A DNA stretch of 62,180 nucleotides, the filler included, from Sphacelaria rigidula (Eukaryota), in assembly GCA_964200075.2 (NCBI GenBank). It is 7 parts of 7 records of this genome, joined end to end, with 100 filler letters (N's around TTAATTAATTAA, not from the genome) between each part and the next. Parts side by side here need not be neighbours in the genome. Positions count along the whole stretch, not along the records: positions 17,798 to 26,594 come from CAXNAA020010072.1; positions 26,695 to 35,491 come from CAXNAA020010073.1; positions 35,592 to 44,388 come from CAXNAA020010074.1; 4 more parts are not named here. One strand, written 5' to 3'. A program made the position numbers and the translations under genes. The notes below the pieces were generated by a model. The model did no database searches. It was not told the DNA's origin and was given only the letters and a program-made list of their open reading frames with translations. Each line of letters opens with the position of its first letter. Positions within the stretch are counted from its first letter, which is position 1. Of this stretch, positions 23,907-36,156 are shown piece by piece.

Positions 23907-25149
23907 TCGATCACCGAATTCGATTTATATCTGCAGCGCCATGATGATGCTTTCTGCTTCAGGTTGGATCCAAATCTGTGTATGATCATGATTAAGATTT
24001 GATATTTCATACCCGCAATCGTTGTGGATAATGACAAAGTAAGTGCGAACGATTGTGATACTTGATACCATCCAGCACCGCAAAGGTTACGGGCAGGATA
24101 CGCTTTGGCTTGTTGGCCAGGAGGCGGTAATGGAGACACCACGGAATGGGCGAAATCGGAAAGAGCATGGGTTTTTCAATGTATCCTGTATTTCGGTAAG
24201 TGAAAGGGTATTTTTCCTGTACGTGGTTTTGACGGTAGTATATATAACACAGAGAGTATGCTGCAGAGCTCCTGTACACCACGCTGTAACACCAGACAGT
24301 AAAGTGTCCAGGACGACGCGCAAAGGTTGCCATTGCCAGCGCAAGCTCGGTTGAAAGGTGTATCAAGAACGAAAATGTACTCTTGGAACCCATCAAGTAC
24401 TGAGGTCACATCAACACAATTCGTATTATTGTCAGTAGCTCCTACTGCCCCTCCATCCAACATACCGTCCCAGCTTAGCAGTAACCCCACCACCGGCGAA
24501 AATTGGACGGTTATTGGCCATGTCCAACACATCATGTCGAAGCCTCGACGTACCGTGCCTGACCAACAACTCCGTTTCTCTGGACCGCATAGCACGTACG
24601 TCCACCTCGATCAGTCTAAGTCTTCACGGAGGTATTCCTCTCCCCTTGATGCTTTCCTTGCACTTCACGGTGATTTCATGTTGAGAGTTTGAAACTCAAA
24701 ACATGCATGCGCATCCACCAGGTCTATCAGAGACACTGGACACCTCCTTCGAAATCACAGTAATATCCAACGTTCAGGACCTGTGCAGGATAAGTTGGTC
24801 CATATCTTGGGTGAGATCACGCTTCATCCATGCGAACCTTTACCAAATGGAGCTCTCGTCATGGGAGTGTCCGTCGCAGGCTTTTTTGTATTCGACTTTT
24901 TTTAGTCAGGTGATGTCTTCAATTCAAATTTTGGAGAAGGCGTTCTAGGTTGAAAATATGATTTGTAATAAAATACAAAAAAAATACAAAAGTGGACCGC
25001 TGGTGAGGCCATTTATTATGGCAAACAAAAAACGAATCCTCTCGAAATGCACCTTGAAATGATTTACTCTACTCGTTGAGACTGTTGCGGGATATCTTCG
25101 CGTTCTCCGGTGGCCGCAGTTTTTTTCGGCCGAACTTGCATATTTGCCC

Positions 25150-25330
25150 CAAGACTGGTCAAGTCTAGAAGAAACTGCCATTTTTCTCTGCACTTGGACC
25201 TTCTCTGAACAAAATGCTTCTTTGACCAATGAAAAGATGCGGCCACCGGAAAATACGAGGAGGTCCTGGAACCGTCTCAACGAGTAGAGTACAACCACTC
25301 CAAGGTGTCGAAAGTCCGCCTAGCCCACTT
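25150..25330 (+). repeat. Interspersed repeat related to 43945-44050
   Basis: CTGGAAC(C/G)GTCTCA(A/G)CGAGTAGAGTA...TCCAAGGTGT in both. Confidence 0.55.
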
Positions 25331-26448
25331 TGAGCGCGAAAAACGACGCAGTAGGACAAGAAAGGCATTTTTACAAGAATTTTATTTTGTTTGCCATACG
25401 GAGCGACCTGAGATTGAGGACCCTGAAAACCTTCTTCATTTCTCATTTTTTTCTCGCTCTTAGCCGGGGGTCTCTATGTAGGCCAAAAGCCCTTTTATCG
25501 TGCAGCAGTTGATTTGAGTCCACGTTTGTGCCGACGCAGCACTTCGTGTATCGAGTTTTGTACACGAATGCCTCTGCCGCAAAGATCCTATGACGCTTCG
25601 TGGTCAATGTGTTGAGATCATCTCTTGCCCAAAGATTTGCAATAATGATTTGTGATCCGAGTCGGTTTGTTTCTTGTCTCACTTATTCAAAGGCGCCTAT
25701 GGTTGCGAAAGACGGATACAAATATATCCAAAAACGTCGAGGATGCTCACACCTTGCCTGCACCCCGCTTTGGTTGGGTTAGTTTTGTGTGATGGCTCGC
25801 CATGGGTGCAGTGTGTATCCAACTGGGTTCATGCTGAAATATTGTCAGTAAAAGTGTCAAACGTTCATTGCTCATATCATCAGTTTCTATTGGCACCCCC
25901 CCTCGCTCCACATTACCTCATCCTGCGCTCCAAAATGTCGACGATACTTTGCCCCTCACCTACAAAACGCGTATAAATTGTTCTCACAATCGGGTATACC
26001 CCCTCCCTGCTGTAGTTTGCCCCGACGACAAATTGGTCACGTGCGCAGCGTCCAGCCCCCCAAGTTCTGATATCTGTCATCATTCACCAAAATGTAGATG
26101 CGCTTCAAAGTGAACGAAAGGGAGGAGGACGTGGCGAGCAAAATATTCCTTCCTTGTGCGCTGGGCTGTGATGCCTTGTGCGAAGCACATGCCATGCCAA
26201 CAACGATCCTGTAAGCAAGCGCCCCACTCTCCGAAGGTGCAACGCTCGCCCCCTCACCCCTCCCAGATGGCATGAAATCGTTTGATCCATGAGACAGTAG
26301 CGAAATGATGATGGCTATACTAGGAGATAGATGGTGACCACAGACGGCAAAACAGGACGAGGATAAGATATGTACAAGTTTTTGTGTAGTGTATGGAAGA
26401 AACGTAATGAACACTAAAATGTTGGAGGTGTCCATCAGGTGTAGGAAC

Positions 26449-26546
26449 GGTGCTCCGTCTCGAAATTGATGCGTGGTCAATGGTCAAACGACTAAGGCAA
26501 GCAACAAATGCGTACGCCCTCACGCCCCCCCCCCCCCCCCCCCCCG
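26449..26546 (+). mobile_element. Short oligo(C)-tailed interspersed element (copies at 36148-36256, 47919-48012, 50891-50998 minus, tail only at 44338-44366)
   Basis: Core TGCTCCGTCTCGAAA...GATGCGTGGTCAATGGTCAAA.GACTAAGGCAAGCAACAAATG(A/C)GTACG followed by a C tract in every copy. Confidence 0.8.
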
Positions 26547-29500
26547 CCGCAGTTCGCCCACAAGCCACCCCTTCGTTTTGGTTGTTGGGTGGGGNNNNNN
26601 NNNNNNNNNNNNNNNNNNNNNNNNNNNNNNNNNNNNNNTTAATTAATTAANNNNNNNNNNNNNNNNNNNNNNNNNNNNNNNNNNNNNNNNNNNNCATAAT
26701 TGATCGCAGATGATTTGTCAAGAGGGTTAAAATATCTCCGGATGCCCATTTTTTGGCATCCAAGAGTCAGTGTGATGAGCGGTGGCAAGCAAAACAAATT
26801 TGGATAATCTTTGACAAACTAATCAATTACGAATTCTGCATACTTCTGATGCTGACTACTGTAATCTGTATCTTACACTCATATTTCAAGTCAAAATTAT
26901 GCCAATGCACAACAGATGACTCACCCTGAGGGTGGTTATATAGAGATGGGCAAAGCCCTACAAGGCACGACAGTACAATACAGGGCAATGCAGTACAGTC
27001 CAGTTCAGCAGAGTGTTATCGTCTCTCTCTCCCTCCGTGCGTTCCCTCCCGCTGCTCCCATTAACTGTGGGTATTACCATGGACCAGATTGCAAGAAACC
27101 TTCGAAGAGTGTGAACTCGTCCTGCCCCCAGCTATGTACGTGAACCGTTGGGTATTCACGGTGGGCAATTCGGGTCCCGTTCATATTTCGAGTCACATCA
27201 TGCCAAGTTAGTATACGTGAACACAACATTGAATCTTCATGGCAGCGCCGAGATTATGTACAGCCGGCAGGCCATATGTGGCGGTTAAGGTGGACTCTGC
27301 ATAACCAGGAAAGAGAAGAGCACAAGACAGTCACCATGGTGTTGTCTGTTCCAGTACACACCACGCTCCCTTGCATGGGTCCCCAGAGCGGCTGGGTATA
27401 CAAGCAACAATGCTTCTCTGTGACCAACTTGTCGGAGTGCATAACACACGGATATACTTTTACGGAACCGAAAACGTTACTCCGGCTCAGACCTCTCCTC
27501 CCTTCGTACCTCCACCGTCCCGTCTGCGTCTTTTCTGTTCATTTGCTTTTGTCGGGGACGCTGGTTTGTTGGGGAGAGTCCATCGATAGGCCGCCTAAAT
27601 CAGAGACGATCTCTTCGACCACGTGTGCTATTCGAGCGCTGTTTTTTGCGTTGTGTGCTTCAAATCACAATGCATGTTGTGATGACTTCGCTTTCCGGGA
27701 ACGTCCCACGCTCGGCATACCAGGCGGCAAAAAGTTTTTTTTTGCAGAGTTTCAGCGAACGCTACACGAGTTGAACAGGAAGGAGGTCATCTTGCAGTGT
27801 GTGTCAGGGGTGTGGACATGTATGTAGCGCCTGAACAGGGAGGACGTCGCTTGAACCAACGATTTGCTCGTTCTAATGATGTTGTGTTTCATCAAGTGTA
27901 TCCACATGGAAGAAAGGAAACGAGGATGGGTTCTCTATGGTCGATAAAATTCCGTCGAGCGGCCTGAGAAAATTCGGAGCTAACACCCCCCCGATTCGCA
28001 CCCCCAATAGTACAGTTCGTCGGAGGGATGATATCTAGGACAACAAAGACCTCACAAGCGGTGCTGTCTTTTGGCACACGTGTTCGCGTACCCAAGGTAC
28101 GCTTCGAGACTTGTCGTGCCCGTCGTGCGGTTATGCTGGGCGGGGTTGACGCTGCAGTTTCCAGTGGGGCAGCGTTGGATACAGGGGCAGAGACAATATC
28201 GCTATTCTACCGCCGTCGATGTGTCTTGTGTCTTGTGTCATACTGCCCGGATTATATATCCCTGGACATCTGTTTCAGTGCTGGGCCCCTTTTCTTCGAT
28301 GCCGCGCTGTTGTTCTGAACGGCTGGTGTCGATCGGCGCCGCACAGGCATTACACACACACATATATATACGGCGTCCACCGGCTGGCCAGGGCTGCGCA
28401 TTTTGCGGTATCGATAGTACAGTCGGTACCGCAACAGAATGCTGTTAAGGTACAATGGCGAAGACAACAGTGCGCTCAACACAACATCAGAAAACTAAAC
28501 ATATCTCTTCTTTGCATGCACGATCCCGTGTGTCATAGCCTCTCACTGCTTTGTTCGTTTCGAGGGTAAACACAAGTATCTCGAGGCTTGCTTCATGGCT
28601 TGGCGCTTGTGAAATCATCATCGATGCTGCACATGCTGGACGCACTTTTTTTTCCAGTCCAGCTCTACTGCTTCTCTCCTGGGTTATAGCGAGCTAGCGA
28701 AGGGAAAAGAAGCCGAGACCAGGCCCAAACAAAAAATATCCAAGCAGCGCAATCTTGTTGAGCTCTCTGCGACAGATACTTCCGAGCTTGGGCAGCGCAC
28801 GTGAACCCACAAAAAATCCGGAAGATCGTGATAATCACGGAAAATGACGAAAAAATAGTTGATTTCAGTTCAACTATTATATAACGACCCGTACCTGTAA
28901 AATCGCTGCCAACACCGAACATCTGTCGTACAAGGACGACGTCTATAAGACACACATTTTTTCGCGTCCCAGATCCGTTAATCCGACGATGAAAACAGAC
29001 CTCCGTCAAACGGCAAATGGGAGAACCGACGGATGCGATTCCGCCGCAGATCTGGAGCTCCGTCGGAGTTTTGAATGCGAGAATTCACTCTGTTAACTCT
29101 GCTAAAATCCGCAAATTCACTTCCCCGGCATTTTTGGCGACGGAGCGGATCTCTAGTTGAGAATACCGTACGTCTACATACAGAGACAGGATACACATGG
29201 CGTGATGTCGTATTTTTGGCTCTACTGCACTTCTGTACCGTGTGTGATGCGTGCTCAAGAGACAAGGAACAATATAGGGTGTTGGGAGGGAAACACGGAG
29301 TGTCGGGAGACTGCGAAGTATATCTGCATGCCAAGATACGCACGACGACAGAGCGCCTTTCCCTTTGGCCTCGAGTGTACAAAACATGTTATCTACCCAC
29401 GGGGGGGGGATAAGGTACTCTTTCTGCTGGCAATACAAGATCGATAAATGGTATGGGGTAGATCCTTATTTCTTATTTCACCCCTGTGGTGAGCCGAGTT

Positions 29501-30559
29501 CTCGGTGGCATTATGATTTCGTGCGGAACCAGTTCTGAACCAACAAGGAAGACATACGTGTACAGGATGGGATGTATTTGTAGTGCAAGGGGATGCAGTC
29601 CGGTTCACAGGGGCCGGGTGACAGCAATCTGGGGAAACTACAGCATGACTGTCTTGCTTTGAGCCACAGGCGTGTGAGTGTAGTCAAGCATCAGCTGTTA
29701 TTCTAGTTTACAACTGCATACGTGGAGGTATCTTCGAGGATTTTGAGGTTGAAATGTCGTGGGCTTGTGTTCAGGAGCACATGGTCCGAGAGGCTGGGGC
29801 AGGTGCTGGAGAAAATACAACCAAGTAGAAAGTTCCTTCAGCCGGGAGAGCCTGTTGGAAAACTACACTTATGTTCGGGTGCATTTGAGACATGACGTGT
29901 GAGCTTGGTTGAGGGTATCTGGACGAGGCTGGGTGCAAAGTGCATAAGGAGGACTGACGTGGAGCCAAGGTGCGCACAAGGAGCATCCTTAGCGCACCCG
30001 CCCCCGTCTGTCTCACTCTTCCAGCATCTCCCCTCTTTAGCTGTTTGGTACGGAGTGGTTTATCATACTTGATTTTGAATAGCGACACCAGATATAGTAT
30101 ATATATATAGAGAATATTTCGAACTCACGAGCGTCAAGCATACTTCGTAACGAGGCGTCCACGAGATTCAATGCTGATTTGAGTGTGCAAGTTCCTCCGC
30201 ACCCGCCGCGGAAGATGACTGTTCGGGCCAATGCCAATGCTAGGGGTCCGGTGAGCGGATTCGTACTCTACTTTGTGCAGGGGTACACATGCGTTCGCGA
30301 CCGTTCGAACGGACGCGCGATCGCGGTGGTCCTGCAATGTCTCCGGCGGGCATGAACATTCCGAGAGAGGATCTTTTCTCACGAGGGCTTGGCAAGGCAA
30401 GAATCCGAGACCCATGAAAAAGACGGACGGCATCGGGGCGCAGCCCCGGGTCCCGTGCGGCTTATAGGATAATAAAACAATAAAAATATATTTTCAACCA
30501 TATTTTTATCTGTGGGGTTCATTCTCATCGATATTTGGGTTCAAGCTTGTGTGGACACA

Positions 30560-33437
30560 TCGACGTGACCTCAACAACCCCGTGAACCTACCCTGGAGAT
30601 TTGACTGAGAAGTCTGCTCCTGTCACTGGCGCCGACGGTAGTCGGGGAGAGGATCGACAAGTTCAGCAAGGACAGCAGCGCGGTTCCTACGATGTCGGGT
30701 GGGAACAGTCGTTCGGTAGTACCTGTGAAGTCTGAAACAGGGGTACGCACCAGAGCCCAGCGTAGACGAGATGATTTGTCACGAGAACCAAACCGGGAAA
30801 ACACACACGCCCGTGTCGCAGGATAAAAGAGAGGAATGTGGTGATGAGTAAGTCAAAGGAAAGGGGTGCCGAGTATCAAGTCGGAACCTTTGGCGAAACT
30901 AGCATTGAGCACTGACGAGGACAGGAGCACTACCGAGAAAAACTCCTCGGCGCTTCCTGCCTCTGGGGTAGAGAACAGACACTGCAGGCGGAGCAGCTCA
31001 GAGAAAACTGATGTACCGCGGACTGTAGTTGACGTTGACACAGTGGGCAATGCTGAGGGGAGAAGCCCTACCGAGGAAACCACATCGGGTTTCAAACCCA
31101 TTTGGGTGAGGACATGAAATTCGTAGAAAGCTCCCTCGAAGCAGGTGTGGTTTCGGATGTATCTAATGTTGTCACTAAGGGTGTAGGGAAACGAGAGGTG
31201 AAGAAAATTCTCCCCACCGCTCCGAAATCGCGTAGTGACTTGCTCACTACAACAGGCCACAGAACTGAAATTTCGCAAAATATCTGTGATGTGGATGAAA
31301 TGGATACTACTCGTGCACAATCATACACGAGTAATGATGAAATGCGTAAGGATAGACAAGCACAGTCGCCCCGTGGCAAGAGTGAAACGCTTGCGGATAA
31401 CTCTGTGCGAGTGCCCGAAGATGTTACTGGAATGCGTGGTGATAGTCCTGTGCGACCATCTAGTGGTGATGTCAATCGTGTAGTACGAAACCCGACACAA
31501 CGACCTGGCGACAATGCGGAGCTAGGCGTGAACGTCGTGACGGGCAGTGAAATGTGTCCCCAAACAACGCCCCCGGTTGAAAATACTGTGCCCAGTCGGT
31601 CCATGCCAAATGTAGATCAAGTGAAATCACGTACGACTGCGGCGGGAACTATACAACAAACTCTGATGCTCCAGAAAACGGAGGCGCAGCTACGTTACAT
31701 TCTGTCCGAGATAGAGTCGGGTGATGATGTGTCGAATAGCGGGACCAGGTTGATTGGAAGTCATCCATACGCTAGAACGATGCATGGAATGTTTGCACCG
31801 TCACCTGCCTGGATGTCCGAACCAGTAGTAAACCCGAATGCCGACCCGGTTGTCGATACGATCCCACCCCGGGCAGATACGGGATCTAACCGAGGGGGAC
31901 AGAACGAACCGCGGGAAACCGGCGTGGTGGGGCTATCGGGCGTGACGGTCCATCATAGCAGCCGGGACGGCACGGTGCACAAGGCACCAGCGGCTGCGAA
32001 GCCGGAACCTTCGGTGTCTACCGCCGTTGAGGTAACGACGCAGAATGGCAGTGATGTGTGTGTGGATGCACCGAGAGGTGGCACCACTGTGGGCGTGGAA
32101 AATACGCAAGGGGTGATGACCGATGTGATTGAAAACGCCCGTCGGATGCTAGACTCACTGTCACATGAAGACCGATGTAAAGTGATGGGTATTGACCCTA
32201 ATGATTACAGTCGCCCGTGTATGACGGTTGCTGCACCGGGTGAGGTCTACACCCCAAACCCAGGGGGCTCGTCCAAGTCTCAGCGAAAGAAGATCGGAGC
32301 TGACACTGCTGAAATTGCTTGCAGCAATAAAATCTACACAGCTCAAGTAGAGGGGCGACGCACAACCCCTGGGGGGCATGCAGTTTTCGCTCCTATCCCG
32401 ACTTCTGTAAGTTCTGACACTAAGAAAGATGAGGCCCTAGCCCGCATGCTACACCATGCTGAAATCCGGGCCGAGAAGCGTAGGAGTAGGCAGCTTGTTG
32501 CGATGCTTAAAAAAAACGAGGCCTTGGCCAGAAAACCGTCCGATGAAGGCCAAGTCCGTGAAATTACGACCCCGCATAATAACTCAAGTGAGGGGTTGGG
32601 GATTGATGACACGGCTGCAGGGTGGCAGAGGGTAGAGATCCACGAAAACCTATGCTTAAGTGGCAAAAGCCCCTTCCGCAATGGATAAAAAGTTCTCACA
32701 AAAGTCGGCGTCCCTACACCCCGTGCGTCCGGTGGCCATGTCCCAGACGGCGCAGCGTGCATTGCGTGACGGCGGGTCTCAATTCCGCCAGGCCAGGGAC
32801 GGCCTGAGGCAGATTCGTGCGAGTAAGGCGTCAGTCGAAGAGGACCTGGCTAGCGCGAGGGAAGCGGTGGAGGCTCTCGAGCGCCAGCAGCGGGAAGCTA
32901 CGCATGCCGAAGGGGTAAAGGAAGCGGAGGTGCGAGCGGCCCGAAAACTCCGGTAGCAGGCCACCAGAGAGAATATCGCAAAGGCCGAAGTCCTGCCTTC
33001 CAGGCTCAACCCGGTGCAGTTAGAACGGCACCAGCGAGCCGAGAGGACGGCGGAACGGAGAAAACGCGCAGAACAACCAGAGGACGGTCAGCCGATGATC
33101 CACATGGCGCCTGCCTTTCCGCACCAGCATCCTCACATAGCGCAGTATGATGGGGAGCCTTCGCTGAGCGACTTCCGGGCGTTGAGCCAGTCGTGTCCGC
33201 CTGGAGTGGGCTTAGAGGAGTGGTTCTCATACCAATCCTTCCTAAAAACAACACGAAACGCGCGAAACATGGGTCCGCCCCCGGCAGCCGGGTTTGGGGG
33301 AATGCAAGGAGATGGATGTGGAGGATACGTGCCGGGGCCACCTGGCGTACCAGGAGGATAGGAGAACCGTCGTGGAGCCCTCCCCATGAGTATGGTTGGG
33401 GAAACGGGTCGGGGTCCGAAAGCAGTTGGTCGGAGGG
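30560..33437 (+). pseudogene. Decayed intronless ~900-codon ORF (open part 31102-32688); probable retroelement ORF1/gag-like N-terminal region
   Basis: Consecutive same-strand frames 30866-31117, 31102-32688, 32660-32956 (coiled-coil-like) and 33014-33361 linked by frameshifts and stops. Low-complexity Ser/Thr/Pro-rich sequence, no introns, no recognisable catalytic motif. Breaks off into MITE-rich DNA. Confidence 0.5.
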
Positions 33438-33726
33438 ATCTTACTCTCGCGGGGAGGGTAACTGCAGCTGGTGTATCTTTCGACGGTTGACCGGTGCCAT
33501 TTTCGACTTTTGCACTTCATTTTTGATTGTGAAGTTCTCGACCGCTGCTACAGGCACCAACGTGAAACTTGGTGCACCAGTCGAGCACACCACAGCCAGT
33601 GTATGTAGCGGAGCACAGCCACTTTCCTTCACCGAGAAAATAAAACGGAGCGAATTCCAGTTTTGGGCAATAACGTCTGTATGGCCTCAAAACGACCACC
33701 TGGCGGCCGAGATGCTGTGTACCGTG

Positions 33727-33974
33727 GACTCATGCCGAGATAGCCCCCCCACAAAAAGTGCACCGGCACCATCCAACGAACCGGCTGCGATCTCACTATT
33801 GGGCTCGTTTGCAGCAACTTCGCCCACATGAGAGGCGCGTAGCAGTCCGAAATCAGCTATAACGTCAAATCAGTCGCGTCGTGCAGCACGAAATCAGCTT
33901 AAACGGCAGTTATGATCATCGCCTCCGTGCACGTTTTTGGCCGGTTTTGGGGGGGGGCTATCTCGGCAGCAGTC
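33727..33974. mobile_element. 248-bp MITE, GACT...AGTC termini, 4-bp TSD CGTG
   Basis: TIR GACT..TGCCGAGATAG(C)n / (G)nCTATCTCGGCAGCAGTC. CGTG at 33723-33726 and 33975-33978. Full-length paralogue at 43648-43896. Confidence 0.85.
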
Positions 33975-34337
33975 CGTGAGTGAATGCACATGTAGACATG
34001 GTAGCGCACTTACTTCCGCATCGTAACCACCTGGCAGGCTGAAGTGCTCGCAGACAAACATATATAATTTCTGCCGCCGCCTGTGGATGATGACAATATG
34101 TAAAAAAACACGTTCCGGTATCGACTGTAGAGATGCTCAGGGCAGGAGGCACGGTCATGCGCGCGCTGTCGTCGCTTCTATCCCCTGAAACTTTGCTGAC
34201 ATCTCATGTAGATGACAATCAATAAGCCCATGCGTCTAGATTCGGGGTTGGGCGTTGCAGCAGTGCGCGAGGGGATGAAAAGAGCTCCAATTCTGTTCTG
34301 AAAGAATTGTTTTTTTTTCTTTTGGCGCAGGACTGAA

Positions 34338-34570
34338 CCCCACCGCGGTCTGAGGGTTAACCCTCAGACCGCTAGCGTGGTCCATCTAGATCATGCAGTC
34401 ATTTTTCGAGCGAAGTTGATGCCGATTCGACAGATGACTTCACTCTCGCTGTCGAAGGATTGACCCTTTGACCGCGAGCATAAGTCATATGTTGAATCAG
34501 CATCAATTTCACTCCAGAAATGACTGCATGGCCAGATGGCCTATAATACCTTTGCGCTTTAAGGGGCTAT
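34338..34570. repeat. piggyBac-like MITE chain (one partial plus two full units in opposite orientation)
   Basis: GCGGTCTGAGGG|TTAA|CCCTCAGACCGC junction at 34357-34360; second junction TTGA at 34460-34463. Same core as 8571-8668. Confidence 0.75.
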
Positions 34571-34605
34571 TTAAATGAAACAAAAAGTGAGCATGCGCCT
34601 TGAGA

Positions 34606-34973
34606 GTTTATGCGTTGTGTGTTGCCATCCAATCTGTTCTGCACGCCAGTCTACACCTTTCGGTATATGTAGGCGCATCAGCCGGGGTCACACAGGAGGA
34701 AGGCCTACACAGTTTTTTTTTTCTTTCTTTAGTACTCCACCTTCCTCCTGCGGTGCTTGCCTTATTTTTTATCGCGAGAGGCGTCCAGCGGTCCCTTCCG
34801 TTTTGACCTTGAAGTCGAATTCTGTGTACCCACGATATATTAATATGTAGTCGCTCTCCACTGTTGGGCATGTGTGAGAAACAATCCCAGAGCGTGTGAA
34901 TTCACCAAAATTGAACCCACGACCTAACCTTCAGAAGGTTTCGAGGTCACCAACTGAGCCACCGGGGCGACCG
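34606..34973 (-). mobile_element. ~370-bp tRNA-derived SINE
   Basis: Head GTCGCCCCGGTGGCTCAGTTGGTGACCTCG...GGGTTCAATT (A and B boxes). The 3' body CCTTCCTCCTGTG...GAAAGGT..AGACTGGCGT...CACAAC recurs at 50770-50890 on the plus strand. Confidence 0.7.
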
Positions 34974-35073
34974 GCATCGATGGTGAGAGTGATCACGGCT
35001 ATTTTGTCATCTTTCCAAGGGTAGGTCGAGTAGAGTATACTCAATTGCGGGGTATTTTGAAAGTCGTACTTGA

Positions 35074-35207
35074 CCCTGTTGGGACTGGGCCTCCAGAACG
35101 ACCAACGAGGCTGGTTAAGAATGACGTGTCCTTCATATGCATGAAACAGTAGCTTGATGTTGCTAAAAATCAACGCATGTATGTAACGGCAGGGTTAGAT
35201 GAAGACC
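35074..35207 (+). mobile_element. piggyBac-like element terminus (family of 8673)
   Basis: TTGA|CCCTGTTGGGACTGGGCCTCCAGAACGACCAACGAGGCTGG, collinear with 8673-8799. Confidence 0.65.
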
Positions 35208-35591
35208 GAAAGTTTCATCCGATCTATTTTCAGGTGGAGGTGCAAACTGTCTGTACTATAATTCGGGCGTTGTACGCATCAGGCAATGTACAGATGTATC
35301 AAGCAGTATCAGTCGCGGTGGAGAGCTTCTAACAGGATGTGGCAACCGCCGCCCGCCACTTGTGGCCTTGGATATTGTCCCTCACCTTGCCACACAGCCC
35401 TTTGTGGTCAAGGTGGGCCTCGATTTCCCTCTTCGTTGCAACCGGCAAATTTTCTTCGAACGACATGGGTGTTGCGCCGTAGATACAGTACNNNNNNNNN
35501 NNNNNNNNNNNNNNNNNNNNNNNNNNNNNNNNNNNTTAATTAATTAANNNNNNNNNNNNNNNNNNNNNNNNNNNNNNNNNNNNNNNNNNNN

Positions 35592-36156
35592 CCCCCCCCC
35601 CCCCCTGGACTCATTCCTACGGATCGGTCAACACCGTGCAACTTTACGGTGACCAAGGAGGATACGAAGAGAGCAGCCACGACGGACAACAGTGGAACGG
35701 AACGGAAGAAGACGGGTGGGTGTTGGAAGATAGCAGCGACTTCAGCGATGCAGGCTACGCGCACTGTATCCAATTTCCCCGCAACCCCCCGCATTCCTCC
35801 GCAGCTGCCACCAACTATCAGATCCAGCCATCACCGCAGCAAGGTGAACTTCAACTGCAACACCCTCACCAAGTATAACAGCAACAACAACCTCATCATA
35901 CCCAACCCGATTCCAACCTTCCTTCCTCCGGTTCAGCTGCATCCTCTGCGCCGCTTCACCTGTGCATGGCACATTCTGTGTCCCAAGGCGAGTCACATTT
36001 TGAGTTGGGTGATTTTACTTTGGGGGTTGCTTTGCTTAACCAGAGGGGGTCGGGATTTGATGTGGATGATGGTACAGAGGAGTGGATAAGTGATAATGGT
36101 GCTTCACATCATATCACTGGGTCAATGGTTGGTATGTTTGATTTACGCCCCCCCCC
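35592..36156 (+). mobile_element. Ty1/Copia gag-protease relic
   Basis: Frame with an internal stop ending EEWISDNGASHHITGSMVGMFDLRPPP, matching the Copia protease WxxDSGAxxHMT motif. Interrupted by the oligo(C) element. Confidence 0.7.
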
